The notes under the pieces: model-generated | Databases searched by the model: none | What the model saw: only the letters and a program-made list of their open reading frames with translations | What the model was told of the DNA's origin: nothing | Position numbers and translations under genes: made by a program | Assembly: GCA_963848295.1 (NCBI GenBank) | Contig: CAWKDB010000010.1 | Coordinates: 2,720,001 to 2,784,000, forward strand | Direction of reading: 5' to 3' | DNA from: an uncultured delta proteobacterium | GTDB taxonomy: Bacteria > Myxococcota_A > Polyangia > Haliangiales > Haliangiaceae | Length of the DNA: 64,000 bases | Part shown: piece by piece, positions 51,300-61,600 of the stretch | How the letters are laid out: each line of letters begins with the position of its first letter | Numbering within the stretch: position 1 is the first letter of the stretch

Positions 51300-52155
51300 A
51301 GGTCCGCAGCCGACTGCGGGCAAGAGCTCGGAGCCGCATTAGCTCGCCATAGCGGCGGTTCGCGAAGCGAAACCAAGCCAGCTCGCGCGCAAACGATGGA
51401 CCGAGCTCACGCACCTCGCGCTCGAGTCGCTGTTTCGCGGTGGCATATAACTCGAGATCGAGGAGATTCGCGCTCTCGATGCGTCTGACGATGTTGGCCG
51501 GGACTTCGTGCCGACTCGGCCGATGTGAGGTTACGTTCGTCTTCACATAGTACGGTGCCCCCCATCCGAGCCTGCGCTTAAGCAGCATCAGGCTTTCGTC
51601 GAAGCGCTCGGTCAGCCCTACGACTGCGACGTTCTCGCGCAGGTTGCGCTGCGCGGCCTCGAGCAGGCTTGCATCATCGCGCGCAGACTGCGTCTCCGGA
51701 TCCCAGCCAAGCATCTCGCCTGCGAGCAACTTGGTCTGGCCATTGCGAGCATCTGCCGAACTCGCATGCGAGACGTACTCGTCGAGCGTCATGCTCGCAG
51801 CTTCCTGCAACCACGTTCGACCGGACAGATTGCCACCGCGCTCGATGTAGCCGCGCACGTAGTAGTAATGCGAGATCAACCTCTCGATCGGGTCGCGCAA
51901 CATTGTGATGTACGTCGCGGGCTGCCGCAGGTACACGTGCAAGCCGAATCCAAAGTGCCCACGCAACAGCTGGATCCGATCGCGCCGTTCTGCGGGTAGC
52001 GCTCGAAACTCTTCGATCGAAGCGGCCTGGTGCTCGGCGTGGATTTCGTAGATCGCCTCAGCGGGGTATTGTGACTCGATGACCTTCGCGAGCGTCTTAC
52101 CCGCCGTCTTCGGAATGTGAATAAAGACGACCGGTCGGCTGCGCGTCTCGCTCAT
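51280..52155 (-). CDS. Sulfotransferase (Sulfotransfer_2 / Gal-3-O-sulfotransferase-like)
   Basis: 5'-PSB FIHIPKTAGKT; 3'-PB LRDPIERLISHY; VGLTERFDES; LDLELY. Confidence 0.9.
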   Translation of the reverse strand: MSETRSRPVVFIHIPKTAGKTLAKVIESQYPAEAIYEIHAEHQAASIEEFRALPAERRDRIQLLRGHFGFGLHVYLRQPATYITMLRDPIERLISHYYYVRGYIERGGNLSGRTWLQEAASMTLDEYVSHASSADARNGQTKLLAGEMLGWDPETQSARDDASLLEAAQRNLRENVAVVGLTERFDESLMLLKRRLGWGAPYYVKTNVTSHRPSRHEVPANIVRRIESANLLDLELYATAKQRLEREVRELGPSFARELAWFRFANRRYGELMRLRALARSRLRTFKRRAS

Positions 52156-53309
52156 AGAGCAATCCTTGCAGCGCTGCGGCCCGCGAGCCTGCTCAGCACG
52201 TCGTCGTAAGCGCGTGCCCGTTGGGCCCAGGTCTGCTCGGTCGAAGCGATCTGTCGCGCCGCCGCGCCCATCACGGCGCGACGCACAGGATCGCATAGCA
52301 ACGCGATGATCCCTCGCGCAGTGTCCTCGGGGTCCTCGAGCTTGACCACGATGCCGGTGACGCCGTCGACAACCGCCTCCGCGAGGCCCGAGCTCCCCGA
52401 GACGACCGAAGGCTTGCCGCACAGCGCTGCTTCGACGACGGCGATCCCGAACCCTTCGAACTCGTCGGCAGTGTGCCGGCTCGTCATGATGTGGACGTCG
52501 CATAGACACAGCAACTCGCGCAACCTCTCCGCGCTGACCTGACCGACGAAATGCACGCGATCGGCAACACCGAGACGACGCGCGAGCTCATGGTATTCCG
52601 CTGCTCGCGTGGGCTTGCCAACGACGATATAGCGAGCATCGGGAACCGCGCGCGCGATCGCCGGCATCGCGGCGATCGCGATGTCTTGGCCTTTACGCTC
52701 GGACACGTGGCCGACAGAGACGACCAAGGGACCGTCCGCGATGCCGAGCTCGGTCAGAACGCGCACGCGGTCGGGTGCCGGGTCGATCGCGAAATGCCCT
52801 GGATCGGCACCGTTCGGAATTATGCTCGCCTCGCGCGGCTGGACACCGAGCTCAAGCAGCCGCTGCAACGAGTAGCGACTGACCGCTACGACCGACGCCG
52901 CACGCCCGAACGCCCAACGTTTCACTCGTCGCTCCCATCGCGGCGTGGGAGCTCGACCGTGCTCGATCGCGAGCCATGGGCTGCGACCCAACACCATCGC
53001 CGCAGCGTAGATCTCGCGATCGCCGCTGACCATCGTGACATCAGGCCGCCACGTACGTCGGACCGAGGTGATCAAGGCGCCGCGATACACCAGCTTCGCG
53101 ACCGGGGTCGGCAGCCGAAGCACACGTTCGATGGCGAACGGTTGGCGACTTGTAAACGCGTCGATCGCGCTTTCGGCCGCATAGTCCTGACTCGCGATCA
53201 CACGAAGCTCGTGACCGCGGCACACGAGCTGAACCGCGATCTGGTGCGCGTGCGTTCCGATCCCGCCAGGACCGGGTGGAAACTCGCTGGCCACGAGCAT
53301 GATCCGCAC
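52152..53309 (-). CDS. Glycosyltransferase family 4
   Basis: FPPGPGGI, ERKG, EGFGIAVVEA. Confidence 0.92.
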   Translation of the reverse strand: MRIMLVASEFPPGPGGIGTHAHQIAVQLVCRGHELRVIASQDYAAESAIDAFTSRQPFAIERVLRLPTPVAKLVYRGALITSVRRTWRPDVTMVSGDREIYAAAMVLGRSPWLAIEHGRAPTPRWERRVKRWAFGRAASVVAVSRYSLQRLLELGVQPREASIIPNGADPGHFAIDPAPDRVRVLTELGIADGPLVVSVGHVSERKGQDIAIAAMPAIARAVPDARYIVVGKPTRAAEYHELARRLGVADRVHFVGQVSAERLRELLCLCDVHIMTSRHTADEFEGFGIAVVEAALCGKPSVVSGSSGLAEAVVDGVTGIVVKLEDPEDTARGIIALLCDPVRRAVMGAAARQIASTEQTWAQRARAYDDVLSRLAGRSAARIAL

Positions 53310-53312
53310 GGG

Positions 53313-54449
53313 TTACCCGGCCTCACGCAGCTCGGCGATCAAGCGATCGACGCGTTCGAGGTACGCGCTGTAAGAGAACCGTTCCGCTGCATCGACTGCG
53401 CGCGTCGATTCCGAGCGCCACTTCGTGGCGGTGTAGCTCGCGATCGCAGAGGCAAACGCTTCAACGTCGCGCACAGGCAGCGCAACCCCGCAGCCAAGCT
53501 CGCGCAACTGCGCGGGGATCGCACTGACCGCGCTCGCGATAGGAACCGCGCCGTAAGCCATGCCTTCGCTGAGCACCTTCGGCCAGCCCTCGGTCTCCGA
53601 CGGGAGCACCACGAAATGTGCGCGCGCGTAGAGCGCACCGAGCTCCTGCTTCGCAAGCCAGCCGTGAGTGCGCACTCGAGATGACAACCCGAGTGCGTCG
53701 ATCCGCGCCTCGACCGCGGCGCGTTGCGGACCATCGCCCGCGAGATCGAGCTCGACGTCGACCTGGCGCGCCCGGAGTTGCGCGACGACCTCGACCGCCC
53801 GCTCGGCGCCCTTGGATCTGGCGAGTGTCCCCGCGAACACCAAACGAATCGGGGCCTCGAACCGCTTCGTCGCGGCGCTCTCTCGCCCCGCCGCGAGCTC
53901 GCGATCATCGAGCGACGGATTCAAGAACGTGCGCACCCATGGCTGGTCGGAGGCCGCAGCTCCATTGATCGTCACGACGCCTCGATGCCAGCGGTGGCCC
54001 AGTAACCAACGCTGCAACCGATAGCTTCGCGGGACGGCCTCCGACCGCCAATCGCCGGCGTATTTGAACCAACGAGCATACGGTCGGCGCCGGATCATCA
54101 ACCATGCGACCGACAGCAACGCGATATTCGCCGGTGCTCGCACGTGCACGAGATCGGCGCCTCCGAGCTCGTTATCGACGACGCGGAGATACTCGGGCAC
54201 AGCACGCAGCCCGCCTAACTTGCCTGCCAGGTCGTCACCGCCCGATGGTGATACCGGCACGAGCACCACGTTCGAAGCCTGGTAGCGCATCGCGCTGTCG
54301 GGCGGTTGGCCGGGCCATAGACACGCGACGTGTCGCACGGACTCGAATCGCGTCGCGAGCTGATCGATTTCGCGCACGGTCGGCCCCCAGCCATAGATCT
54401 CACCGCGGCGCTGGTAGTGGGGCGTGTGGGAGATGACCAGCAGCCGCAT
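53313..54449 (-). CDS. Glycosyltransferase family 4
   Basis: FAGTLARSKG, LPSETEGWPKVLSEGM. Confidence 0.9.
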   Translation of the reverse strand: MRLLVISHTPHYQRRGEIYGWGPTVREIDQLATRFESVRHVACLWPGQPPDSAMRYQASNVVLVPVSPSGGDDLAGKLGGLRAVPEYLRVVDNELGGADLVHVRAPANIALLSVAWLMIRRRPYARWFKYAGDWRSEAVPRSYRLQRWLLGHRWHRGVVTINGAAASDQPWVRTFLNPSLDDRELAAGRESAATKRFEAPIRLVFAGTLARSKGAERAVEVVAQLRARQVDVELDLAGDGPQRAAVEARIDALGLSSRVRTHGWLAKQELGALYARAHFVVLPSETEGWPKVLSEGMAYGAVPIASAVSAIPAQLRELGCGVALPVRDVEAFASAIASYTATKWRSESTRAVDAAERFSYSAYLERVDRLIAELREAG

Positions 54450-54455
54450 GCACAC

Positions 54456-54737
54456 CTACCGACGTTCGGACACGAACTTGAAACTCTGCGATTTCGGCAT
54501 CGGATACATGAAGCGGAAGTCCTCCGGCGCGGGTCGATCAGACCCGACCGCGAACGGCGTGGTGCGCTGGATCGGGCGGCGCAGCCTGAGATCGGGGCGG
54601 CCGTCGGTGAAACGGAAACTCGGCTTCGCAGGCTCGGCACGCGCAGGCAGACGGACCCCGGCGAGAGCGCCGCTGCAGTACGGGCAGCGCAGGATGGTGC
54701 TGATGTCGTCGGACAACGAATGCATGGTCGGCTTCAC
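54456..54737 (-). pseudogene. Trm112-like N-terminal fragment, probably of a deleted methyltransferase
   Basis: ILRCPYCSGAL...F.FTDGRPDL; 93 aa, no catalytic domain follows. Confidence 0.45.
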
Positions 54738-55597
54738 AAGGTCTGGAGATCGCGACGCGAAGCGAGTGACTCGTACAACTGATACATCGTTTGGGTGGTT
54801 TGCGATCGGCGGAGCACACCGAGCCTACGCTCGACGCGCGGACCGCGACCGAGCGCCTGGCTAAGTCGAAATTTCCATGAGATCTGACGGCGACTCGCAA
54901 CGTCGCGAACCTCGGCGGTGTCGAGCTCGTACGGATGCACGTAGACGATGGCCGGGCGTCGCGCCACAGCCGCCTGCCACAGCGCGACGCGGTGATAGAG
55001 CATTGGAAACAGTCGCAAGTAACCGCCGCCTAACGCCGGAAGTCGTTTACCGAGCCACGCAGTCGCGAGCGGAAACTCGACCAATCCTTCGCGCAGTCGG
55101 AACGGACCCGCCGGTGCGTTCGTCACGCCGTAGCGCGAGGTCCGCGCTGGGACGATGCTGCTGTCGTAGCTGAAAGCCGCGTCTGCGAGCACTGTGAACA
55201 CTTTGCGATCGAGCTCGCCGAGATCGTCACAAGGTGCGCCGATGCTGAAGTCGGGTGCGCGAAAGCCGCGGACCGGGCCGCCGATCGCATCTTCGATCGC
55301 GTGCTTGCCGGTGCGGATCTCGTCGCGCAGCTCCGCGACGGACATCGAGAACAGCGGGCGATGCGTATGCGCGTGACACGCGACCTCGTGGCCGCGGTTC
55401 GCGATCTCGGCGACGAGCGCGGGATAGCGTTTCGCGACGAGGCCTTGCACGAACCACGTCCCGCGCAGCCCGAGCCGATCGAACACCTCCAACATCTCGC
55501 GGGTGTTGTCGACACACCGCTCGGTGAGCTCGGCATCGAAGTCCACAGACGACTGCAGCCAGTCCTCCACGTCGACGGTGCAACACAACGGCGACAT
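54734..55597 (-). CDS. Polysaccharide deacetylase (DUF3473-type, XrtA-system-like)
   Basis: TVDVEDW, GHEVACHAHTH, GFRAPDFSI, YDSSI, GGGYLRLFP, YVHPYELD. Confidence 0.9.
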   Translation of the reverse strand: MSPLCCTVDVEDWLQSSVDFDAELTERCVDNTREMLEVFDRLGLRGTWFVQGLVAKRYPALVAEIANRGHEVACHAHTHRPLFSMSVAELRDEIRTGKHAIEDAIGGPVRGFRAPDFSIGAPCDDLGELDRKVFTVLADAAFSYDSSIVPARTSRYGVTNAPAGPFRLREGLVEFPLATAWLGKRLPALGGGYLRLFPMLYHRVALWQAAVARRPAIVYVHPYELDTAEVRDVASRRQISWKFRLSQALGRGPRVERRLGVLRRSQTTQTMYQLYESLASRRDLQTL

Positions 55598-55602
55598 GAG
55601 CC

Positions 55603-56262
55603 CTAGCGGCAGACCACGTGGAAGTCTTGGCCAGCACCTCGGATCTTCTCGATCGCAATCGGCGTGAGCTTCGCGCTCGCGAGCACGCGCTCGATGTCTT
55701 CGCGGCAGTAGAGATAGATCGGGCAGTTGCGCAGCTTGTAGCGCGCTTCGCGAATAGGCGACCGCAACCAATGCCGGCTAGGGAACGAGATCGCGGCGTT
55801 GCCACCGCCGAGCTCGGAGCGTAACCCCGAGAGAAACGCGACCGGATCGGCGATGTAGTCCATGACGCCCATCACGATCGCGGCATCGGCTTTCGCATGC
55901 GGAAGCGTCGTCGGGTAGTTCGCGCACACGAGCTCGACCTGATCCGGACGGGAGACGGGTGCGAGCCGGTGCCGGGTGAGCTCGAGCATGCGTTCCGCCG
56001 GATCGATGCCGATTACCTTGGCCGCGCCGCGGGTGAGTGCTTCGCGCATGTAGACGCCCGAGCCGCAGCCGATATCGAGGACGGCTTTGCCTTCGAGCGG
56101 GCCAAGTCGTTCAAACGTGAGCTCGAAGCGCAGCACGATGTCTCGCCGAAACTGCGAATCGATCAGTCGCCAGATCGGTCCGCGACGACCGTCGTACAGC
56201 GAATCGAATGTGTCGGCGAACCGGTGGAAGAACTGGCCAGCGCGTTCGTCGGTCGCGCTCAT
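55603..56262 (-). CDS. Class I SAM-dependent methyltransferase
   Basis: VLDIGCGSG, GIDPAERML, MGVMDY. Confidence 0.88.
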   Translation of the reverse strand: MSATDERAGQFFHRFADTFDSLYDGRRGPIWRLIDSQFRRDIVLRFELTFERLGPLEGKAVLDIGCGSGVYMREALTRGAAKVIGIDPAERMLELTRHRLAPVSRPDQVELVCANYPTTLPHAKADAAIVMGVMDYIADPVAFLSGLRSELGGGNAAISFPSRHWLRSPIREARYKLRNCPIYLYCREDIERVLASAKLTPIAIEKIRGAGQDFHVVCR

Positions 56263-57308
56263 CGAGTGATCCTTTCCATCGCGCCTCTCAGGCGAGCGTA
56301 GCGTCCGGCTGGGGCTACGATGCCGAGCAGGGTCCCGACGCCGTACGAGACGTGCATGATCGCGGTCGCCGCGGTGGCGGCTACCGCGACCCGAACGCTT
56401 CGCTCGCGGTGGAGTGCGGCCCCGAAGGCTGCAGCGAGCAGCGCGCCGTAGCTCGCGAAAGGCAGCAACGCGAGCCCCGAAATCGGCGGTGGCGCGAACA
56501 CGACGGCGAACGCGCTCGCGAGCGAGCCCACGACGAACACCATGGGTGCGACGTGTCGGACCGAGAAGACCCGGCGATGCTTGCGGAATACCGCGACCTT
56601 CCAATACGCGTACTGCATGTATTGCCGTGCGAGTCCGCTTGGAGTCTCGCGCACGAAGTACTCGTGTTTCACCCGCGGCGAGATGTAGATCGACCCACCG
56701 CTCGATGTGATCCGGAAGTTGAACTCATCGTCCTGATTGCGCACGAGCGCTTCGTCGAACATGCCGACCCGCGCGAATACGTCGCGACGAAACGCCGGAA
56801 ACACGGCGCCCTCCGCATAGCCTTCGTAATCCTCGCGCCGATGAGCGGCACCGCCGATGCCGAGCCGGCTCGACATCGCGGCTGCGACGCCGCGAGCGAA
56901 TGTGGTCTTACCGCGATGCGCGATCGGCCCACCGACCGACCAGGCTTCCGCATGCTCGCGCAGCAGATCGAGGTTCGCGCGAATGAAATCGGGCGCGACT
57001 CTCGTATGGCCGTCGACGCGCACGATCACTTCACCCGACGATCCGCGAATCCCAAGATTGAGCGCGGACGACACGATCCGCCCCGGGTTGTCGAGCATGC
57101 GCACCCGGGCATCGCTCGCAGCTAGCCGGCTCACGATCTCGCGGGTGCCGTCCTCCGACATGCCATCGACCACGAGCACGTCGTACCGCGCCGGGATCCG
57201 CTCCTGCGCCAGCAACGCGCGCAAACATTCCTCGATGAACCCACACTCGTTGCGGACCGGAACGATAACGCTGACCGAAGGATCGTGCGCTGAGGTTTCC
57301 GGGGACAT
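56259..57308 (-). CDS. Glycosyltransferase family 2 (ExoA-like)
   Basis: SVIVPVRNE, VDGMSEDGT, VRVDGH, FDEALVRNQDDEFN; C-terminal TMs. Confidence 0.92.
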   Translation of the reverse strand: MSPETSAHDPSVSVIVPVRNECGFIEECLRALLAQERIPARYDVLVVDGMSEDGTREIVSRLAASDARVRMLDNPGRIVSSALNLGIRGSSGEVIVRVDGHTRVAPDFIRANLDLLREHAEAWSVGGPIAHRGKTTFARGVAAAMSSRLGIGGAAHRREDYEGYAEGAVFPAFRRDVFARVGMFDEALVRNQDDEFNFRITSSGGSIYISPRVKHEYFVRETPSGLARQYMQYAYWKVAVFRKHRRVFSVRHVAPMVFVVGSLASAFAVVFAPPPISGLALLPFASYGALLAAAFGAALHRERSVRVAVAATAATAIMHVSYGVGTLLGIVAPAGRYARLRGAMERITR

Positions 57309-57361
57309 AACTAGCGGACGGGAATCCTAGATGCGGCGGCGGGTATACCAGCTGGGTTTAG

Positions 57362-59524
57362 TTGTCGCTACGGCCGTCGATGTTCACGCCGGTCACCGTC
57401 GAGGTACGGGCGTGCTGCCTAGCAGGTCGAGTCCTCGTGGCGTACGCTGCCGGGAATCGTATGTGCGCTGCTTCGGGAGGTCACGCGCTGGCTGCGATGG
57501 CATTTGGGGCAGCGTCGTGCCTCGGGTGTCACCACGACATCGCGGCCGTGCCGACGACGGCCAGTGCGGGTCCAGCGGCCCCTGTGGTCGTGTACCACAA
57601 CGACCCGAAGCACCCGCTGCAGACCGAGTGGCTCGCCACACCCGTGCGCGCGTCTCGCGCATGGTCGACCGCGCTTGCCCCGAACGCGCGTGGCGGATGG
57701 AATTTCATTACGCAGGTGTTCGAGTTTCGGTCCGGAAGTCCGTCCGAGTTCGTGGTCCTGGACCTCGAGACAGGGAAGTCTACGACGTTCGAAGGTCCCA
57801 CCGAGATCTATACGAACAACAACTATCAAATCGCGAATGAAGTTCGCGCCAAGAATGGTCGAATCTTTTTCCCCGAGCTCGAGACCAACGTCGCCTACTA
57901 CGACCCGACCGACGAGTCAGTGAAACAACTCGGTCGTATGGTCGACCCAGTGGGGGCGAACAAGTCGATCTACAAGCTGGTGTTCGACCACGCGGGTAAG
58001 CTGTACGGCGCCACGCTCAGTACGGCACGGCCGACGGTATTCGAGCTCGATCCCGACACGCTCGCACATCGCGTGATCGGAGAGGTCGGCGATGATCGGC
58101 TGACGTATTCGTACGGTTACTTCCTTGCGATCGATTCACCGTGGGCCTACTGCGCCGTCGGCGAACGGCCATGGGAGCTCGCGGCGTTGAATCTGCTAAC
58201 GGGTCGCTCGCAGGTCCTTGCAACCCGTAGCGACGAGCCCTTTATGCACCTCGAGCACCGCAAAGAGGGCGTGCGCGCAAAGTTGGTCACGGGGTTGAAG
58301 AAGCGCGACGAGCGGGACGACTACGTGTGGTGTGTCGACGGCAAGGCGATCCCGACGACCGAAACCTACGATCCTGGCAAGCTGCCGTTCAAATCCCGCG
58401 ACATCCAGCCGTACGCGAATCCGCTCGTCGACCCGCCGGAGATCGACAGCTCGAACCTCAACCCCGACGCAGATGGCATCGGCCATGTCGCATGGCGCCC
58501 GCACGGTTCCACCGGCGCGTGGATCGATCGCACGTTCAAGGTGAAGTACACGGGACCTGTCGAGCTCGAGTCCCTAGTCGCGCTACCAGACGGGAGCCTG
58601 TTCGGAAACGCGGCGCAGTATCACGGGTTCTTCCGCTACGACCCGGCGCACAAGGCAACGCAGTTCTTCGGCCCCCACGGCCCGAGCCGCGGACCGCGAA
58701 TTGTCGTCGACGGCAAGGTGTACATCGCCGGTTACCCAAACGGACTGCTATACGAATACGATCCGACCCGACCGTGGACATCGTCGATCCGGGCGGAGGC
58801 CAAAGGAGCCACCGGGTTGAACCCGCGCAAGCTCGGGTTGTTCGCCGATGCAGGCGCTCACTACGCGCATTCGCTAGTCGCTTCATCGAACGGGCGGTTG
58901 TACTACTCCGGCCGGCGCGAACGAGATGGCGTCGGCTCGGGCGTCGGGTCGTACGACCTCGCGACCAACGCCTTTGCCGGACACCACAAGGACCTCAGTT
59001 TCTATGACCCCGAGGGGCTTATCGCGCTCGACGCCTTGAAGCGCGTGGTGTTCTCGGGATCGCTACACGACGATCCCGGACTGCCCGGGAAAACGCCGCC
59101 CGAAGCACAGCTGGTCGTATTCGATCAAGATCTCCGCGAGATCAACCGGCTCGAGGTCAAGCCAGGACTCTCCGCGACGGGCACGCTCTACCCGTCGAAT
59201 GATGGCAACACGATCCTCGGGGTCATTAAGGACGTCGATGGCAAGCGTGGTGCGGTCTATCGATTCGACGTCGCCGCCGGCAAGCTGCTCGATTGGCGCG
59301 ACCTCGACGCGGTCGCCGGAACCTCGACCCAGCGTCCCGAGGATAAGTCGGTGTGGATCGTCGTCGGCAAGAGGCTCGTGCGCGTCGATCCGACGACGTT
59401 GGAAGTGACCACGGTGGGGACGCTCTTCGACGTCGCGGCCGAGATCACTCGGCTCGTCTGGCAACAAGGGGAGCTGTACTCGACAGCCGGGCCCGAGTTA
59501 CGACGGGTAGCCCTCCCGCGATGA
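57362..59524 (+). CDS. Large secreted beta-propeller protein (probable lipoprotein; real start likely ~57497)
   Basis: CLGC lipobox-like segment; repeated YDP/LDL blade motifs; ATGA overlap with wzm. Confidence 0.7.
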   Translation: MSLRPSMFTPVTVEVRACCLAGRVLVAYAAGNRMCAASGGHALAAMAFGAASCLGCHHDIAAVPTTASAGPAAPVVVYHNDPKHPLQTEWLATPVRASRAWSTALAPNARGGWNFITQVFEFRSGSPSEFVVLDLETGKSTTFEGPTEIYTNNNYQIANEVRAKNGRIFFPELETNVAYYDPTDESVKQLGRMVDPVGANKSIYKLVFDHAGKLYGATLSTARPTVFELDPDTLAHRVIGEVGDDRLTYSYGYFLAIDSPWAYCAVGERPWELAALNLLTGRSQVLATRSDEPFMHLEHRKEGVRAKLVTGLKKRDERDDYVWCVDGKAIPTTETYDPGKLPFKSRDIQPYANPLVDPPEIDSSNLNPDADGIGHVAWRPHGSTGAWIDRTFKVKYTGPVELESLVALPDGSLFGNAAQYHGFFRYDPAHKATQFFGPHGPSRGPRIVVDGKVYIAGYPNGLLYEYDPTRPWTSSIRAEAKGATGLNPRKLGLFADAGAHYAHSLVASSNGRLYYSGRRERDGVGSGVGSYDLATNAFAGHHKDLSFYDPEGLIALDALKRVVFSGSLHDDPGLPGKTPPEAQLVVFDQDLREINRLEVKPGLSATGTLYPSNDGNTILGVIKDVDGKRGAVYRFDVAAGKLLDWRDLDAVAGTSTQRPEDKSVWIVVGKRLVRVDPTTLEVTTVGTLFDVAAEITRLVWQQGELYSTAGPELRRVALPR

Positions 59525-60381
59525 CCGAGCTCGCACGAACAAATGTGCCGCCCCCCGAGGTCAGACTCGTGCGGATCGAGCCGCATCGTGGTTGGGTTTC
59601 ACTCAAGCTCGGTGAGCTGTGGACGGCGCGCGAGCTGGTGATGTTCCTCGTCTGGCGCGACATCAAGGTTCGTTACAAACAGACCGCGCTCGGCGCTGCG
59701 TGGGCGGTGCTGCAACCGATCATGACGATGGTGGTGTTCAGCATCTTCTTCGGAAAGCTCGCCAAGCTGCCGTCCGATGGCGTGCCCTACCCGGTGTTCA
59801 CGTTTGCCGCGCTGCTCCCATGGAACATGTTCGCCACCGGACTGACGAATGCGTCAGCCAGTCTCGTCGGCAACACCTCGTTGCTGAAAAAGGTATACGT
59901 CGCGCGACTCGCGATCCCGGTGTCAGCGGTGCTCGGCTGCGTCGTCGACTTTGCGATCGCATTGGTCGTGCTGTTCGTCCTGATGGCGGGATACGGCATC
60001 GCACCGTCGATCGAGGTGATCTATGTCGTGCCGCTCGCACTCCTCGCGCTCGCGACGGCACTGGGCACGGGCATCTGGCTCGCAGCGCTCAACGTGCGTT
60101 ACCGCGATGTCAAGTACGTCGTCTCGTACCTCGTTCAGCTCTGGATGTTCGCCACCCCGATCGCTTATTCGAGCTCGCTGATCACCAAGCCATGGTTGCA
60201 CACGGTGTTCGCGATCAACCCGATGGTGGGCGTCGTCGATGGGTTTCGCTGGGCGTTGTTAGGGACAGCTGCGCCGCGCGCGCTGCCGCTCTTGACATCG
60301 ATCGGCGTGTCGCTCCTGATGCTGTTGAGCGGCATCATCTACTTCCGGAATACGGAGCGAACGTTCGCCGATGTCCTCTGA
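59521..60381 (+). CDS. wzm: ABC-2 polysaccharide transporter permease
   Basis: RDIKVRYKQTALGAAWAVLQP, YRDV, ATPIAY, INPM, FADVL. Confidence 0.93.
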   Translation: MTELARTNVPPPEVRLVRIEPHRGWVSLKLGELWTARELVMFLVWRDIKVRYKQTALGAAWAVLQPIMTMVVFSIFFGKLAKLPSDGVPYPVFTFAALLPWNMFATGLTNASASLVGNTSLLKKVYVARLAIPVSAVLGCVVDFAIALVVLFVLMAGYGIAPSIEVIYVVPLALLALATALGTGIWLAALNVRYRDVKYVVSYLVQLWMFATPIAYSSSLITKPWLHTVFAINPMVGVVDGFRWALLGTAAPRALPLLTSIGVSLLMLLSGIIYFRNTERTFADVL

Positions 60382-61600
60382 CGCCACCGCTATCCGGGTC
60401 GAGGGGCTGTCGAAGTCGTACACCGTCGGCGTACAACGCAAGCGCCACGACTTGTTATCCAAGCGCATCTTGGAAGGTTTGCGCGGCGTGTTGCGTCGCA
60501 GCCGGTCGAGCGAAGCATCCACGCACTGGGCGCTGCGCGACATCTCGCTCGAGATCAAGCAAGGCGACGTCGTCGCTCTGATCGGCCACAACGGTGCGGG
60601 CAAGAGCACCCTGCTGAAGATCCTCGCGAACATCACCGAGCCGACGTCGGGTTTTGCCGAGTTGCGCGGCCGCGTCGGCTCGCTCCTCGAGGTCGGCACC
60701 GGCTTTCACCCCGAGCTCACAGGGCGCGAAAACGTATATCTCAACGGCGCAATCCTCGGCATGTCCCGGGTCGAGATCGCTCGCGACTTCGACGAGATCG
60801 TTGCATTTGCGGAGGTCGAGAAATTCATCGACACCCCAGTCAAACACTACTCGAGTGGCATGCACATGCGACTCGCGTTCTCCGTCGCGACGCAGCTGCG
60901 CCCAGAGATCCTATTGATCGACGAAGTGCTCGCGGTCGGTGATGCATATTTTCAGCGAAAATGCCTCCAACGCATTCAGGACGTCGGGCGCAGTGATCGG
61001 ACGATCATCTTCGTCAGCCACAATATGGCGGCGATACGTTCGATCTGTCGCACCGCGATCGAGCTCCAAGGCGGCGAGATCGTGGCGCGCGGCGAGGTGG
61101 CATCGGTGGTCGATGCCTACCTATCACGCCAGCACGCGACAAGTATTGCAGTGCAGACCGCCGAATCCGATAGCTTCCGGCTCGAGAACGTCGAGCTGCG
61201 CGCGCCCGACGGAGCGATCATCAAGCCGTTCGAAGTGATGCAGATCCGCGTCCGCCTCGTCGCGAGGCGTGATGTCGCGGAGCCGGGCCTCGTGGCAAAA
61301 CTGCTTACCGCAAATCACGAGAGGATCACCGGTCTAGACTTCTGGAACTTCGGCTCGATCGGTCCTATGAGCGCCGGTGAAACGCGCGACATCGGCTTCG
61401 ACATCGAGGCGCTGCCGCTCCTACCCGGGACGTACTTCGTCGAGTTCGAGGTCAAGACGAAGGCGCGTGCGACCGAGCAGATGTCGCAGCTATTCCCGTT
61501 CGAGGTCGCGGAGACTCCTGTGTTCGGAACGCGCAAGCCTCAAGCGAAGCACGGCAGTATCGCGCTCAGGGTCCGCGTCGTCGGAGGGCGCTCGGATTGA
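60371..61600 (+). CDS. wzt: ABC polysaccharide transporter ATPase with Wzt_C domain
   Basis: GHNGAGKST, GFHPELTGREN, YSSGM, IDEVLAVGD. Confidence 0.94.
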   Translation: MSSDATAIRVEGLSKSYTVGVQRKRHDLLSKRILEGLRGVLRRSRSSEASTHWALRDISLEIKQGDVVALIGHNGAGKSTLLKILANITEPTSGFAELRGRVGSLLEVGTGFHPELTGRENVYLNGAILGMSRVEIARDFDEIVAFAEVEKFIDTPVKHYSSGMHMRLAFSVATQLRPEILLIDEVLAVGDAYFQRKCLQRIQDVGRSDRTIIFVSHNMAAIRSICRTAIELQGGEIVARGEVASVVDAYLSRQHATSIAVQTAESDSFRLENVELRAPDGAIIKPFEVMQIRVRLVARRDVAEPGLVAKLLTANHERITGLDFWNFGSIGPMSAGETRDIGFDIEALPLLPGTYFVEFEVKTKARATEQMSQLFPFEVAETPVFGTRKPQAKHGSIALRVRVVGGRSD

